A stretch of 24,000 nucleotides of DNA from NCBI GenBank assembly GCA_036678445.1, contig JAZIHR010000015.1:6772-30771 (forward strand), read 5' to 3'. The position numbers and the translations under genes were made by a program. The notes under the pieces are model-generated. The model worked only from the letters and a program-made list of their open reading frames with translations. It was not told the origin of the DNA and searched no databases. Positions 16,653 to 23,632 of the stretch are shown piece after piece (the first letter of the stretch is position 1; each line of letters begins with the position of its first letter). This stretch comes from Alphaproteobacteria bacterium (GTDB lineage: Bacteria > Pseudomonadota > Alphaproteobacteria > Rhodobacterales > Rhodobacteraceae).

Positions 16653-16660
16653 GACCGGAA
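16653..16660. repeat. left copy of the 8-bp target-site duplication GACCGGAA
   Basis: Identical octamer at 18081-18088, immediately outside the IS terminal inverted repeats. Confidence 0.7.
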
Positions 16661-18080
16661 GGTAGCGTCCTCGGACGTGGTGTAATTTCGGAGGCGCATT
16701 GAGGTGGAAACGGCGTTGGAGAATGAGCTGCCGTATTCATTGAGCGCAAGGTGGGCACCGGGCCTGTCGGAGAAGGTGGAGTTGCAAGACTTCAACCAGC
16801 CGAAAGGAACCCCGATGACCGACGATAGATTACCCCTTGCCGAGCTTGCCGCGAAGAGTGGTGACAGCGATTTTCTTCGCGCCATTGCCGAAAGCGTGCT
16901 GCAACTGATCATGGAGGCCGACGTGGATGGCCTGATCGGCGCGGGCCGCTATGAGCGGGGCGATGGCCGTCAAACCTGGCGCAACGGCTACCGCGACCGT
17001 TCGCTCGATACCCGGCTCGGCACGCTGAACCTGAAGATACCGAAGATGCGGCAGGGAGCCTATTTCCCCGGCTTTCTGGAACCGAGGAAGATGGTGGAGA
17101 AGGCGCTGGTGGCCGTGATCCAGGAGGCATGGATCAACGGCGTCTCGACGCGCAAGGTCGATGAGCTGGTGCAGGCGATGGGCATGACGGGGATTTCCAA
17201 ATCCTCCGTTTCCAAGCTCTGCAAGGACATCGATGAGCGCGTGAACGCCTTCCTCAAGCGCCCGCTTTCGGGCGACTGGCCTTACCTATGGCTCGACGCC
17301 ACCTATCTGAAGGTGCGTGAGGGCGGGCGTATCGTCTCGGTGGCGGCGATAATCGCGGTGGCGGTCAATACGGACGGGAAAAGGGAGATCGTCGGGCTGC
17401 ACATCGGCCCTTCCGAAGCCGAGCCGTTCTGGACGAGCTTCCTGCGCGACCTCGTGCGCCGGGGTCTCACCGGCGTCAAGCTGGTCATCTCCGATGCTCA
17501 TGAAGGACTGAAGGCTGCCATCACCCGCATCCTCAGCGCGACATGGCAGAGGTGCCGCGTTCATGCGATGCGCAACGCGCTTGCCTACGTTCCCAAGGGC
17601 CAGCACACCATGGTCGCCGCCGCGATCCGGCAGGCCTTCATCCAGCCCGACCATGACAATGCCGTGCAGACCTGGCGGCATGTCGCCGACCAGCTCCGCG
17701 CCAGATGGCTCAAGCTCGGCACCTTCATGGACAATGCCGAGGCCGATGTGTTGGCCTACATGGCCTTTCCCGCGCAACACCGCACAAAGCTTCACAGCAC
17801 GAACCCGCTGGAGCGGTTGAACAAGGAAGTGAAGCGGCGCGCCGATGTCGTTGGCATCTTCCCCAACGAGGACAGCATCGTCCGCCTGATCGGCGCGGTC
17901 CTGCTCGAAGCCAACGACGAATGGCAACTCCTGAGCCGATACATGCAGGTCGAGGCGATGGCCGAGCTAAACCCACCAACAATCGAGGAGGAAACGACAC
18001 TTCAGATTACACCCAGAGCCGCCTGATCATGACGGCCCGGGGCCACACCCGAAATTACACCATCTTGACGGACGCTATCT
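16661..18080 (+). mobile_element. IS256-family insertion sequence, about 1.42 kb, apparently intact
   Basis: Terminal inverted repeats: left (A)GGTAGCGTCC-N7-TGGTGTAATTTCGG (16660/1-16691) and right, reverse-complemented, AGATAGCGTCC-N7-TGGTGTAATTTCGG (18080-18049). It has a single Mutator-type transposase and is flanked by the GACCGGAA direct repeat. Confidence 0.85.
16815..18026 (+). CDS. IS256-family (Mutator-like) transposase
   Basis: 403 aa from ATG 16815: MTDDRLPLAELAAKSGDSDFLRAIAESVLQLIMEADVDGLIGAGRYERGDGRQTWRNGYRDRSLDTRLGTLNLKIPKMRQGAYFPGFLEPRK... These are hallmark IS256 transposase motifs, including the D...D...E region (WLDATY, ISDAH, LERLNKE). Confidence 0.93.
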   Translation: MTDDRLPLAELAAKSGDSDFLRAIAESVLQLIMEADVDGLIGAGRYERGDGRQTWRNGYRDRSLDTRLGTLNLKIPKMRQGAYFPGFLEPRKMVEKALVAVIQEAWINGVSTRKVDELVQAMGMTGISKSSVSKLCKDIDERVNAFLKRPLSGDWPYLWLDATYLKVREGGRIVSVAAIIAVAVNTDGKREIVGLHIGPSEAEPFWTSFLRDLVRRGLTGVKLVISDAHEGLKAAITRILSATWQRCRVHAMRNALAYVPKGQHTMVAAAIRQAFIQPDHDNAVQTWRHVADQLRARWLKLGTFMDNAEADVLAYMAFPAQHRTKLHSTNPLERLNKEVKRRADVVGIFPNEDSIVRLIGAVLLEANDEWQLLSRYMQVEAMAELNPPTIEEETTLQITPRAA

Positions 18081-18088
18081 GACCGGAA
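18081..18088. repeat. right copy of the 8-bp target-site duplication GACCGGAA
   Basis: See 16653-16660. Confidence 0.7.
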
Positions 18089-18251
18089 CCAACACGCTGG
18101 CCACATACTTTATTTCGCGAAAGCAAGAGCGTGCAACCAGGTGAAAATGCCAAGCGAACAGCAATGCCTGCCTCGGGAGAGTAGCGACGGCAATTGCGTG
18201 CAATAAGGCTTCTGACGTAAGCTCAGCATCTTCCCCTAGTCTAGCATCATA

Positions 18252-18890
18252 TTAGCTTGGTGATGGACTTCTCAGATAGCCGATGATCAGCCTGCGGCAC
18301 TGGCCGATCAGCCCATCGGCGCCGACCCTGACGGGATGCCGCTGGATCGCCCGGTGCGCGACCGTTTCCAGCACCGTCTCGATCATGGCGGCCGCATCCG
18401 CAAGGTCGAGATCGGGCGAGATTTCCTGCCGATGTCGCTCCAGTTCCGTCTCGATCACCTTCGCCATCCCCCGGCTGATGGCGCGCGTCTTTTCCTCGCG
18501 GCCGATGCGCGGTGCGAGATCGTTCAACGCGCGATGCATTTCCGGCTCATGCGGATGGGAAACGAGCGCGAACCCGATCATCGCATCCACGGTATCCACC
18601 AGCGTCTTCCCTGGCCGCGCCCGGACCATCGCGGTGAAGCGCGCGAGGACCTCGTCGCTGTAGTGATCGACGACGGCGGCCGCGAGCCCCTGCTTGTTGG
18701 GGAAATACTGGTAGAGCGAACCGATGCTCACGCCGGCGCGCTCCGCGACCCGCGCCGTCGTGAGGTTCACGAACCCCTGCTCCGTCAAAAGCTGAGCGGT
18801 GGCGACGATGATCGCCTCCACGGTGGCCTGAGCGCGCGCCTGCCGGGGGATTTTTCGTGGGTTTACATTCACTTGTGCGGTGCCGGGCAT
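18252..18890 (-). CDS. TetR/AcrR-family transcriptional regulator
   Basis: 212 aa from ATG 18890 with HTH QGFVNLTTARVAERAGVSIGSLYQYFPNKQGL. It is divergent from the MFS gene at 18974. Confidence 0.88.
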   Translation of the reverse strand: MPGTAQVNVNPRKIPRQARAQATVEAIIVATAQLLTEQGFVNLTTARVAERAGVSIGSLYQYFPNKQGLAAAVVDHYSDEVLARFTAMVRARPGKTLVDTVDAMIGFALVSHPHEPEMHRALNDLAPRIGREEKTRAISRGMAKVIETELERHRQEISPDLDLADAAAMIETVLETVAHRAIQRHPVRVGADGLIGQCRRLIIGYLRSPSPS

Positions 18891-18912
18891 CGGTCGTCCG
18901 AATGCGAATACA

Positions 18913-18938
18913 AAATATGATGGATTCGTCACATATTT
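18913..18938. promoter_or_regulatory. inverted repeat AAATATG-N12-CATATTT in the TetR-family/MFS divergent intergenic region (candidate operator)
   Basis: Arms at 18913-18919 and 18932-18938, in an AT-rich 83-bp intergenic region. The call rests on position only. Confidence 0.3.
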
Positions 18939-18973
18939 GAGCCATCGGTCAAACGAGATCAAGGGAGCTTCCC

Positions 18974-20185
18974 ATGAACCGGACTAAGGCCACGATCGCC
19001 ATCAGCATCGCGTTGTCCATCGTGGCGACGACGCTCATCCTGCCCATCCTGGCTCCTCTCATCCGGGAGCTGCATCTTTCCGTCGTTCAGGGCGGGTTGA
19101 TGCTTTCGATCGGCTCCGTCGCCATGGTGGTCGCGGCTCCTTTGTGGGGCATCGTCAGCGATCGCTACGGGCGCAAGAAAACCATCGTCGCCGGCTTTCT
19201 CGGCGTCTTCGCGGGCTACGCGGTCTATACGTTGGTCGTGGTCGGCGGTCTTTCGGGTGCCATGTCCGTGACCGCCATCTTCCTTGCGCTCACGGCGTCG
19301 CGCGCTTTCGTCGGCGCTTTCCTGTCTGCCGTGCCGTCGGGCGCCCAGGCGTTGATGGCGGATATCACGAGCCCGTCCGAGCGGGCCGGAGGCATGGCCA
19401 TCATAGGAGGCGCAACCGGTCTCGGCCTGATTGTCGGTCCCGCGGTGAGCGGCGTCCTCGTGGCCGGCGGCATCACGTGGCCGCTCTATGCGGCGACTGC
19501 GCTCTGTGCCTCCGGCGCGCTCGCGGCCCTGTTCTTCCTGAAGGCTCCGCCTGTGGCTTCGCCGGTCCGTCCGCAGCGGACAAGCCTGTTCTCCGCCGCT
19601 CTGCAACCCTGGCTCGTTGCCGGCATCCTGCTTTGGGTCGCGATCGCGACCGTTCAGATCAGCGCAGGGTTCTATTTTCAGGACAGGCTCAATCTGGACG
19701 GAGAGACCGCTGCAGGGATGCTCTCTGTCGCGCTCACCCTCGTCGGAATTGCGATGTTCGTCGTGCAATTCCTGCAGGTCAGAATCATGGGGTTCACGCC
19801 GCGTGCTCTCGTGCTTTCCGGAGCGGGTAGCTGGATCGCAGGGCTGCTTCTCCTCCTGTCGACGGCGAACGCATCGGCATACTATCTCGCCTACACGCTG
19901 CTGGGGCTTGGAGCCGGATTCCTCCTGCCGGGGATCATGGCCGGGGCATCTCTGGCCGTCGGCCATGACGATCAGGGGGTGGCGGCGGGCCTCGTCTCCG
20001 CTTCGCAGGGCATCGGTTTCATCATCGGTCCGGCCGCCAGCACCATGCTCTATGAATGGAACGAGACCTTGCCGTTCTGGTCGCTCGCCGGGCTGATGGT
20101 CGTTCTCATCCTGAGGTTCGCCTTCATTCCGGTGCATGGTGCCCCATTTCCTAACACTTCGGCTACCGGGGGCGCAGATGTCTGA
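18974..20185 (+). CDS. MFS transporter (DHA1-like efflux pump)
   Basis: 403 aa, about 12 TM segments, MFS motif A GIVSDRYGRKKT, SD AAGGGAG upstream. Confidence 0.9.
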   Translation: MNRTKATIAISIALSIVATTLILPILAPLIRELHLSVVQGGLMLSIGSVAMVVAAPLWGIVSDRYGRKKTIVAGFLGVFAGYAVYTLVVVGGLSGAMSVTAIFLALTASRAFVGAFLSAVPSGAQALMADITSPSERAGGMAIIGGATGLGLIVGPAVSGVLVAGGITWPLYAATALCASGALAALFFLKAPPVASPVRPQRTSLFSAALQPWLVAGILLWVAIATVQISAGFYFQDRLNLDGETAAGMLSVALTLVGIAMFVVQFLQVRIMGFTPRALVLSGAGSWIAGLLLLLSTANASAYYLAYTLLGLGAGFLLPGIMAGASLAVGHDDQGVAAGLVSASQGIGFIIGPAASTMLYEWNETLPFWSLAGLMVVLILRFAFIPVHGAPFPNTSATGGADV

Positions 20186-21209
20186 TACCCTCAATCGCCA
20201 GCTCGTCCTCATCGCGCGTCCGGACGCGAATGTCGGCCCCGAGCATTTCGAGATGCGCCGTTCGACCGTGCCGGCGCTCGAAGCGGGTCAGGCGCTGGTG
20301 CGCGTGCACTGGCTGGGAATCGACGCCACCCAGCGGACATGGCTCAACGAGCGTGAGACCTACACGTCTCCCGCCCGTATCGGCAGCGTCATGCCGGGAA
20401 GCGGCGTCGGGCAGGTCGTCGCCAGCAGAAGCGAGCTTTTCAAGGTCGGCGACTGGGTCGTCGGCGAGACGGGCTGGCAGGACTACGCTCTGGCTGCCGG
20501 CGAGGGGCTCCACGGGTTCACCCGCATTCCCGAAGGGGTCGAACCGAGAGCGATGCTGAGCGTCCTCGGCGTCAACGGGCTGACCGCTTATTTCGGGATG
20601 ACGGAAATCGCAAAGCCGCTCGAAGGCGAGACCGTCTTCGTCAGCGCCGCCGCCGGCGGCGTCGGGTCGATCGCAGGCCAGATCGCCCGCAAGCTGGGCG
20701 CGCGCGTCATCGGGTCCGCCGGTGGGGAACGCAAATGCGCCTGGGCCCGCGACGTCGCGCGATTCGACGCCTGCATCGACTATCGCGCGGAAGACATGCG
20801 CGAGAGGCTCGGCGCACTGGCGCCCGACGGCATCGACGTGGTGTTCGACAATGTCGGCGGCGCGACGCTGGAAGCCGCACTCGATCATATCGCGCCGCAT
20901 GCGCGCGTCGTTCTGTGCGGCAGCATTTCCTCCGGCTACCGCAACGACGCCTACGGCCGCGGCCCGTCGAACTACATGCAGCTCGCATTCAAACGCGCGC
21001 GCATGGAAGGCTTCATCTTCCTCGATTTCGTGGCGCAGTTTCCGCAGGCGCTCTACCGGATGCTGGCCTGGGTTCAGGCCGGCGACATCCGCTACGAGGA
21101 GACCATCAGCCCCGGCCTCGAAACGGCACCCGCCGCGCTCGCCGGCCTGTTCGAAGGACGCAATCTCGGGAAGCAGCTCGTGCAGGTGTGCTCCTCACAA
21201 TCCGACTGA
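20178..21209 (+). CDS. NADP-dependent oxidoreductase, MDR superfamily (PTGR/YncB/CurA-like alkenal/enone reductase)
   Basis: 343 aa from ATG 20178, overlapping the MFS stop by 8 nt (ATGTCTGA). The cofactor motif AAAGGVGSIAGQIARKLGARVIGSAGG and the C-terminal LFEGRNLGKQLV are typical of this subfamily. Confidence 0.9.
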   Translation: MSDTLNRQLVLIARPDANVGPEHFEMRRSTVPALEAGQALVRVHWLGIDATQRTWLNERETYTSPARIGSVMPGSGVGQVVASRSELFKVGDWVVGETGWQDYALAAGEGLHGFTRIPEGVEPRAMLSVLGVNGLTAYFGMTEIAKPLEGETVFVSAAAGGVGSIAGQIARKLGARVIGSAGGERKCAWARDVARFDACIDYRAEDMRERLGALAPDGIDVVFDNVGGATLEAALDHIAPHARVVLCGSISSGYRNDAYGRGPSNYMQLAFKRARMEGFIFLDFVAQFPQALYRMLAWVQAGDIRYEETISPGLETAPAALAGLFEGRNLGKQLVQVCSSQSD

Positions 21210-21226
21210 TCACAGGAGAAAGTTGC

Positions 21227-21571
21227 ATGAACATCCTTATACTCGGCGCTGCCGGCGCCACTGGACGGCTATGCGTGGACGAATGCCTCGCCCGCGGGCA
21301 TAAGGTCGGAGCATTCGTTCACAACTCGGCGCTGCGAAACGCGGGAGAGCGGCTGGAGACGGTGCGCGGAGACCTCAGAAACCGAGCCGACATAGCAATT
21401 GCGCTTGAAGGCAGGGACGCCGTTGTCTCGACCTCGATGCAGTCGATTGACGCCGGCAGTGGCGCGCTCGACAAAGAGGTGTCCGGCCTCTGTGAACCGG
21501 GCACCTGCCGATCGCCGCCGCATCAGTCACGTTCTCAGCAGTCTCGCTGCGTCCGGCCGTGGGTGCAGTAG
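21227..21571 (+). pseudogene. NAD(P)H-binding (NmrA/BVR-B-like Rossmann) gene, 5' stub only; the reading frame runs on into unrelated DNA
   Basis: MNILILGAAGATGRLCVDECLARGHKVGAFVHN...VRGDLRNRADIAIALEGRDAVVST is a normal N-terminus (GxxGxxG) for a ~210-aa family. After about residue 68 (~21430) the sequence becomes Ser/Arg/Pro-rich nonsense, which is the antisense of a LysR fragment. SD AGGAGA lies upstream. Confidence 0.7.
21437..21515 (-). pseudogene. LysR-family gene fragment (linker-helix region), decayed
   Basis: The reverse strand reads RFTEAGHLFVERATAGVNRLH against LysR 13640-14659 RLTEAGRLFVERVAAGVDQLDH (15 identical). Nucleotide similarity to 14366-14440 is visible. A possible degenerate HTH with an in-frame stop continues to ~21590. 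There is no substrate-binding domain. Confidence 0.6.
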
Positions 21572-21676
21572 CATGGCTTCCTTGGATTGATGACGCATCG
21601 GATAGCCCTCACGCTATGTTGCCAGCTGTCACATATGTAACTTGCATAATGGAAGTCACATCGTTATGAATGTGTG

Positions 21677-22186
21677 ATGCAGCGAACAAGCTTTCTGTCA
21701 TTCGAGTGTCCCGCAGCCCGAGCGCTGGAAAGCGTCGGTGACTGGTGGAGCATCTTGATCCTGCGAGACGCCTTCCAAGGGCTTAGAAAATTCGATGAAT
21801 TCGAGAAGAATCTCGGAATTTCCGCGAACATTTTGGCGAGGCGATTGAAGCATCTCACGGCGGAAGGGTTGTTTGAAAGGCAACGATACAATGATCATCC
21901 GCCTCGATTTGAATACGTCCTTACCGACAAAGGGCGGGATTTCTATCCCGTAGCAATCGCCCTGTTCGCATGGGGGAACCGGAACCTTGCGCCACATGAA
22001 ATAGCCATGCGGCTCGGCGACAAAGAAACCGGCAGGGAACGAAACGCCATCATGGTCGATGCGGATACTGGAGAAAAAATTACTCCTGAAAACACCGTTC
22101 TTCTAGCAGGCCCAGCGGCAACGGAGGAAACGATGCGCGTCATAAATCGCGTGAAGCGGATAAGCTCAGAAAAAGGAGCGGAATAA
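21677..22186 (+). CDS. HxlR-family winged-helix transcriptional regulator with a ~60-aa C-terminal extension
   Basis: MQRTSFLSFECPAARALESVGDWWSILILRDAFQGLRKFDEFEKNLGISANILARRLKHLTAEGLFERQRYNDHPPRFEYVLTDKGRDFYPVAIALFAWG is the canonical HxlR signature. The start is ATG 21677, one codon after the track's GTG. Confidence 0.88.
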   Translation: MQRTSFLSFECPAARALESVGDWWSILILRDAFQGLRKFDEFEKNLGISANILARRLKHLTAEGLFERQRYNDHPPRFEYVLTDKGRDFYPVAIALFAWGNRNLAPHEIAMRLGDKETGRERNAIMVDADTGEKITPENTVLLAGPAATEETMRVINRVKRISSEKGAE

Positions 22187-22190
22187 TCCA

Positions 22191-23450
22191 ATGCGTCGAA
22201 TTGTTGTAACCGGCATGGGTTTGGTAGGTCCTCTTGGCTGTGGCGTTGAAATAAGCTGGAAAAGACTTCTCGACGGGAAATCGGGAATTAAGAGTTTGCC
22301 TGATGAAATTTCCAGAAATCTTCCGGTGAAAATCGGCGGACTCGTTCCTAGCCCGATTGAAGATTCCGAGGCTGGTTTTGATCCCGATTTGATCGTTGAC
22401 ACAAAGGATCAACGAAAAATGGATCGCTTCATTCTGTTTGCACTTGCGGCCGCGAAGGAGGCTCTCGAAACGGCGGGATGGCATCCCGCGAGCGACTACG
22501 AATGTGAGCGCACGGCGACAGTTATTGCCTCTGGTATAGGCGGCTTTCCTGCTATCGCTTCGGCAGTTCGCATAACGGATACACGGGGAGCAAGGAGGCT
22601 CTCACCCTTTACCGTGCCATCGTTTCTCGCCAACCTCGCGGCAGGACATGTTACCATCAGGTATGGATTTACAGGTCCAATTGGCACGCCTGTAACCGCC
22701 TGCGCTGCTAGCGTTCAGGCCATCGGCGACGCCGCACGGCTGATACGCTCCAACGAGGCCGACATCGCTCTGTGCGGCGGGGCAGAAGCATGCATTGATA
22801 AGGTTAGTCTTGGGGCATTTGCTGCCGCGCGAGCACTATCCACCGGCTACAATACTACCCCGGAACTGGCGTCGAGGCCATTCGACACCGAGCGCGATGG
22901 TTTCGTAATGTCCGAAGGGGCTGGTCTGATCGTCATAGAGGAGTTGGAACATGCCCTCGCTCGGGGTGCCAAACCCATAGCCGAATTGGTAGGATACGGC
23001 ACTAGCGCTGATGCACACCATATGACTGCCGGCCCAGAGGACGGTCGAGGCGCGGCCCGTGCGATGAAAATCGCGCTCCAGAGTGCTGGGTTGAAGCCAG
23101 TCAATATTCAACATTTGAACGCTCATTCGACCTCCACCCCCGTAGGTGACCGCGGAGAAATAGCGGCGATTAAATCCGTCTTTGGCAATCATAATGTGGC
23201 CGTGAGCGCCACGAAATCGGCGACCGGACACCTACTTGGTGCCGCAGGCGGTATTGAGGCAATCTTCACGATACTCGCCCTACGGGATCAAATCGCTCCC
23301 CCAACGAGAAATTTAGAAAACCCCGATCCTGTTGCCGCTGGTATCGACCTCGTTCACCAATCTGCGCGACCCATTCTCATGGAACATGCCATTTCCAACG
23401 GGTTCGGCTTTGGCGGCGTTAATTCAAGTGTCGCTTTCCGGCGATGGTAG
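22191..23450 (+). CDS. fabF: beta-ketoacyl-ACP synthase II (FabF-type KAS II), stand-alone copy
   Basis: 419 aa, collinear with E. coli FabF as I recall it. The catalytic Cys is in VTACAAS, the two His are in ADAHHMTAG and NAHSTSTPVGD, and the C-terminal motif is NGFGFGGVNSS. The ATG is 4 nt after the hxlR stop, with AAGGAG 12 nt upstream. The segment is AT-richer than most of the window. Confidence 0.93.
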   Translation: MRRIVVTGMGLVGPLGCGVEISWKRLLDGKSGIKSLPDEISRNLPVKIGGLVPSPIEDSEAGFDPDLIVDTKDQRKMDRFILFALAAAKEALETAGWHPASDYECERTATVIASGIGGFPAIASAVRITDTRGARRLSPFTVPSFLANLAAGHVTIRYGFTGPIGTPVTACAASVQAIGDAARLIRSNEADIALCGGAEACIDKVSLGAFAAARALSTGYNTTPELASRPFDTERDGFVMSEGAGLIVIEELEHALARGAKPIAELVGYGTSADAHHMTAGPEDGRGAARAMKIALQSAGLKPVNIQHLNAHSTSTPVGDRGEIAAIKSVFGNHNVAVSATKSATGHLLGAAGGIEAIFTILALRDQIAPPTRNLENPDPVAAGIDLVHQSARPILMEHAISNGFGFGGVNSSVAFRRW

Positions 23451-23466
23451 TAACTATATTCATCAT

Positions 23467-23577
23467 TCATCTCGGACGGAAGTTTCCAAGCGATTCGGTT
23501 TGCGTTACATCGGCAACAGCCATAAACTGAATAAGTGAAATGAGCGGTATCCTGCCGGGCAGGATACCGCCATTCAC
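23467..23577 (-). pseudogene. LysR-family N-terminal remnant (~36 codons)
   Basis: The reverse strand from GTG 23577 reads MNGGILPGRIPLISLIQFMAVADVTQTESLGNFRPR*. GRIPLISLIQFMAVAD matches GRIPLASLIQTLAVAE of the intact LysR (12 of 16 identical). It stops 17 nt from the 3' end of the convergent fabF. Confidence 0.55.
23544..23570. terminator. perfect 13-bp-arm palindrome between the convergent fabF and MFS genes (candidate terminator for the MFS gene)
   Basis: GCGGTATCCTGCC-G-GGCAGGATACCGC. On the reverse strand it is followed by the moderately T-rich TCATTTCACTTATTCAGTTT. There is no T-tract on the plus strand. It overlaps the LysR remnant codons GGILPGRIP. Confidence 0.4.
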
Positions 23578-23632
23578 GAGCCTGCGATGACGGGTGCGCC
23601 GTATGGGTGACAGCCGTCCTGCCAATCGCCGG

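Noticed and set aside
18089-18251. About 160 bp of AT-richer non-coding DNA with a 39-codon reverse-strand ORF (MLSLRQKPYCTQLPSLL...) and a small GCAATTGC palindrome.
   Set aside because: The ORF has no SD and no recognisable similarity, and its composition is not protein-like. I treated it as spacer or decayed DNA between modules.
18929-21640. GTCACATAT motif shared by the TetR-family/MFS intergenic region (18929-18937) and the hxlR upstream region (21629-21637, with a second GTCACAT at 21655).
   Set aside because: It is a 9-bp match in AT-rich promoter DNA, easily due to chance, and there is no supporting dyad symmetry linking the two sites.
21586-23477. Hypothesis that the two LysR remnants (21437-21590 and 23467-23577) are halves of one gene split by insertion of an hxlR-fabF cassette. 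The supposed flanks are an imperfect direct repeat, ATTGATGACGCATCGGA (21586-21602) versus ATTCATCATTCATCTCGGA (23459-23477).
   Set aside because: The two remnants have clearly different base composition (GC-rich versus AT-rich). They appear to overlap in LysR coordinates, since both cover part of the HTH. The repeat matches at only about 13 of 17 positions and needs a 2-nt gap. They are more likely two different LysR genes plus a chance similarity. A dot-plot or alignment would settle it.
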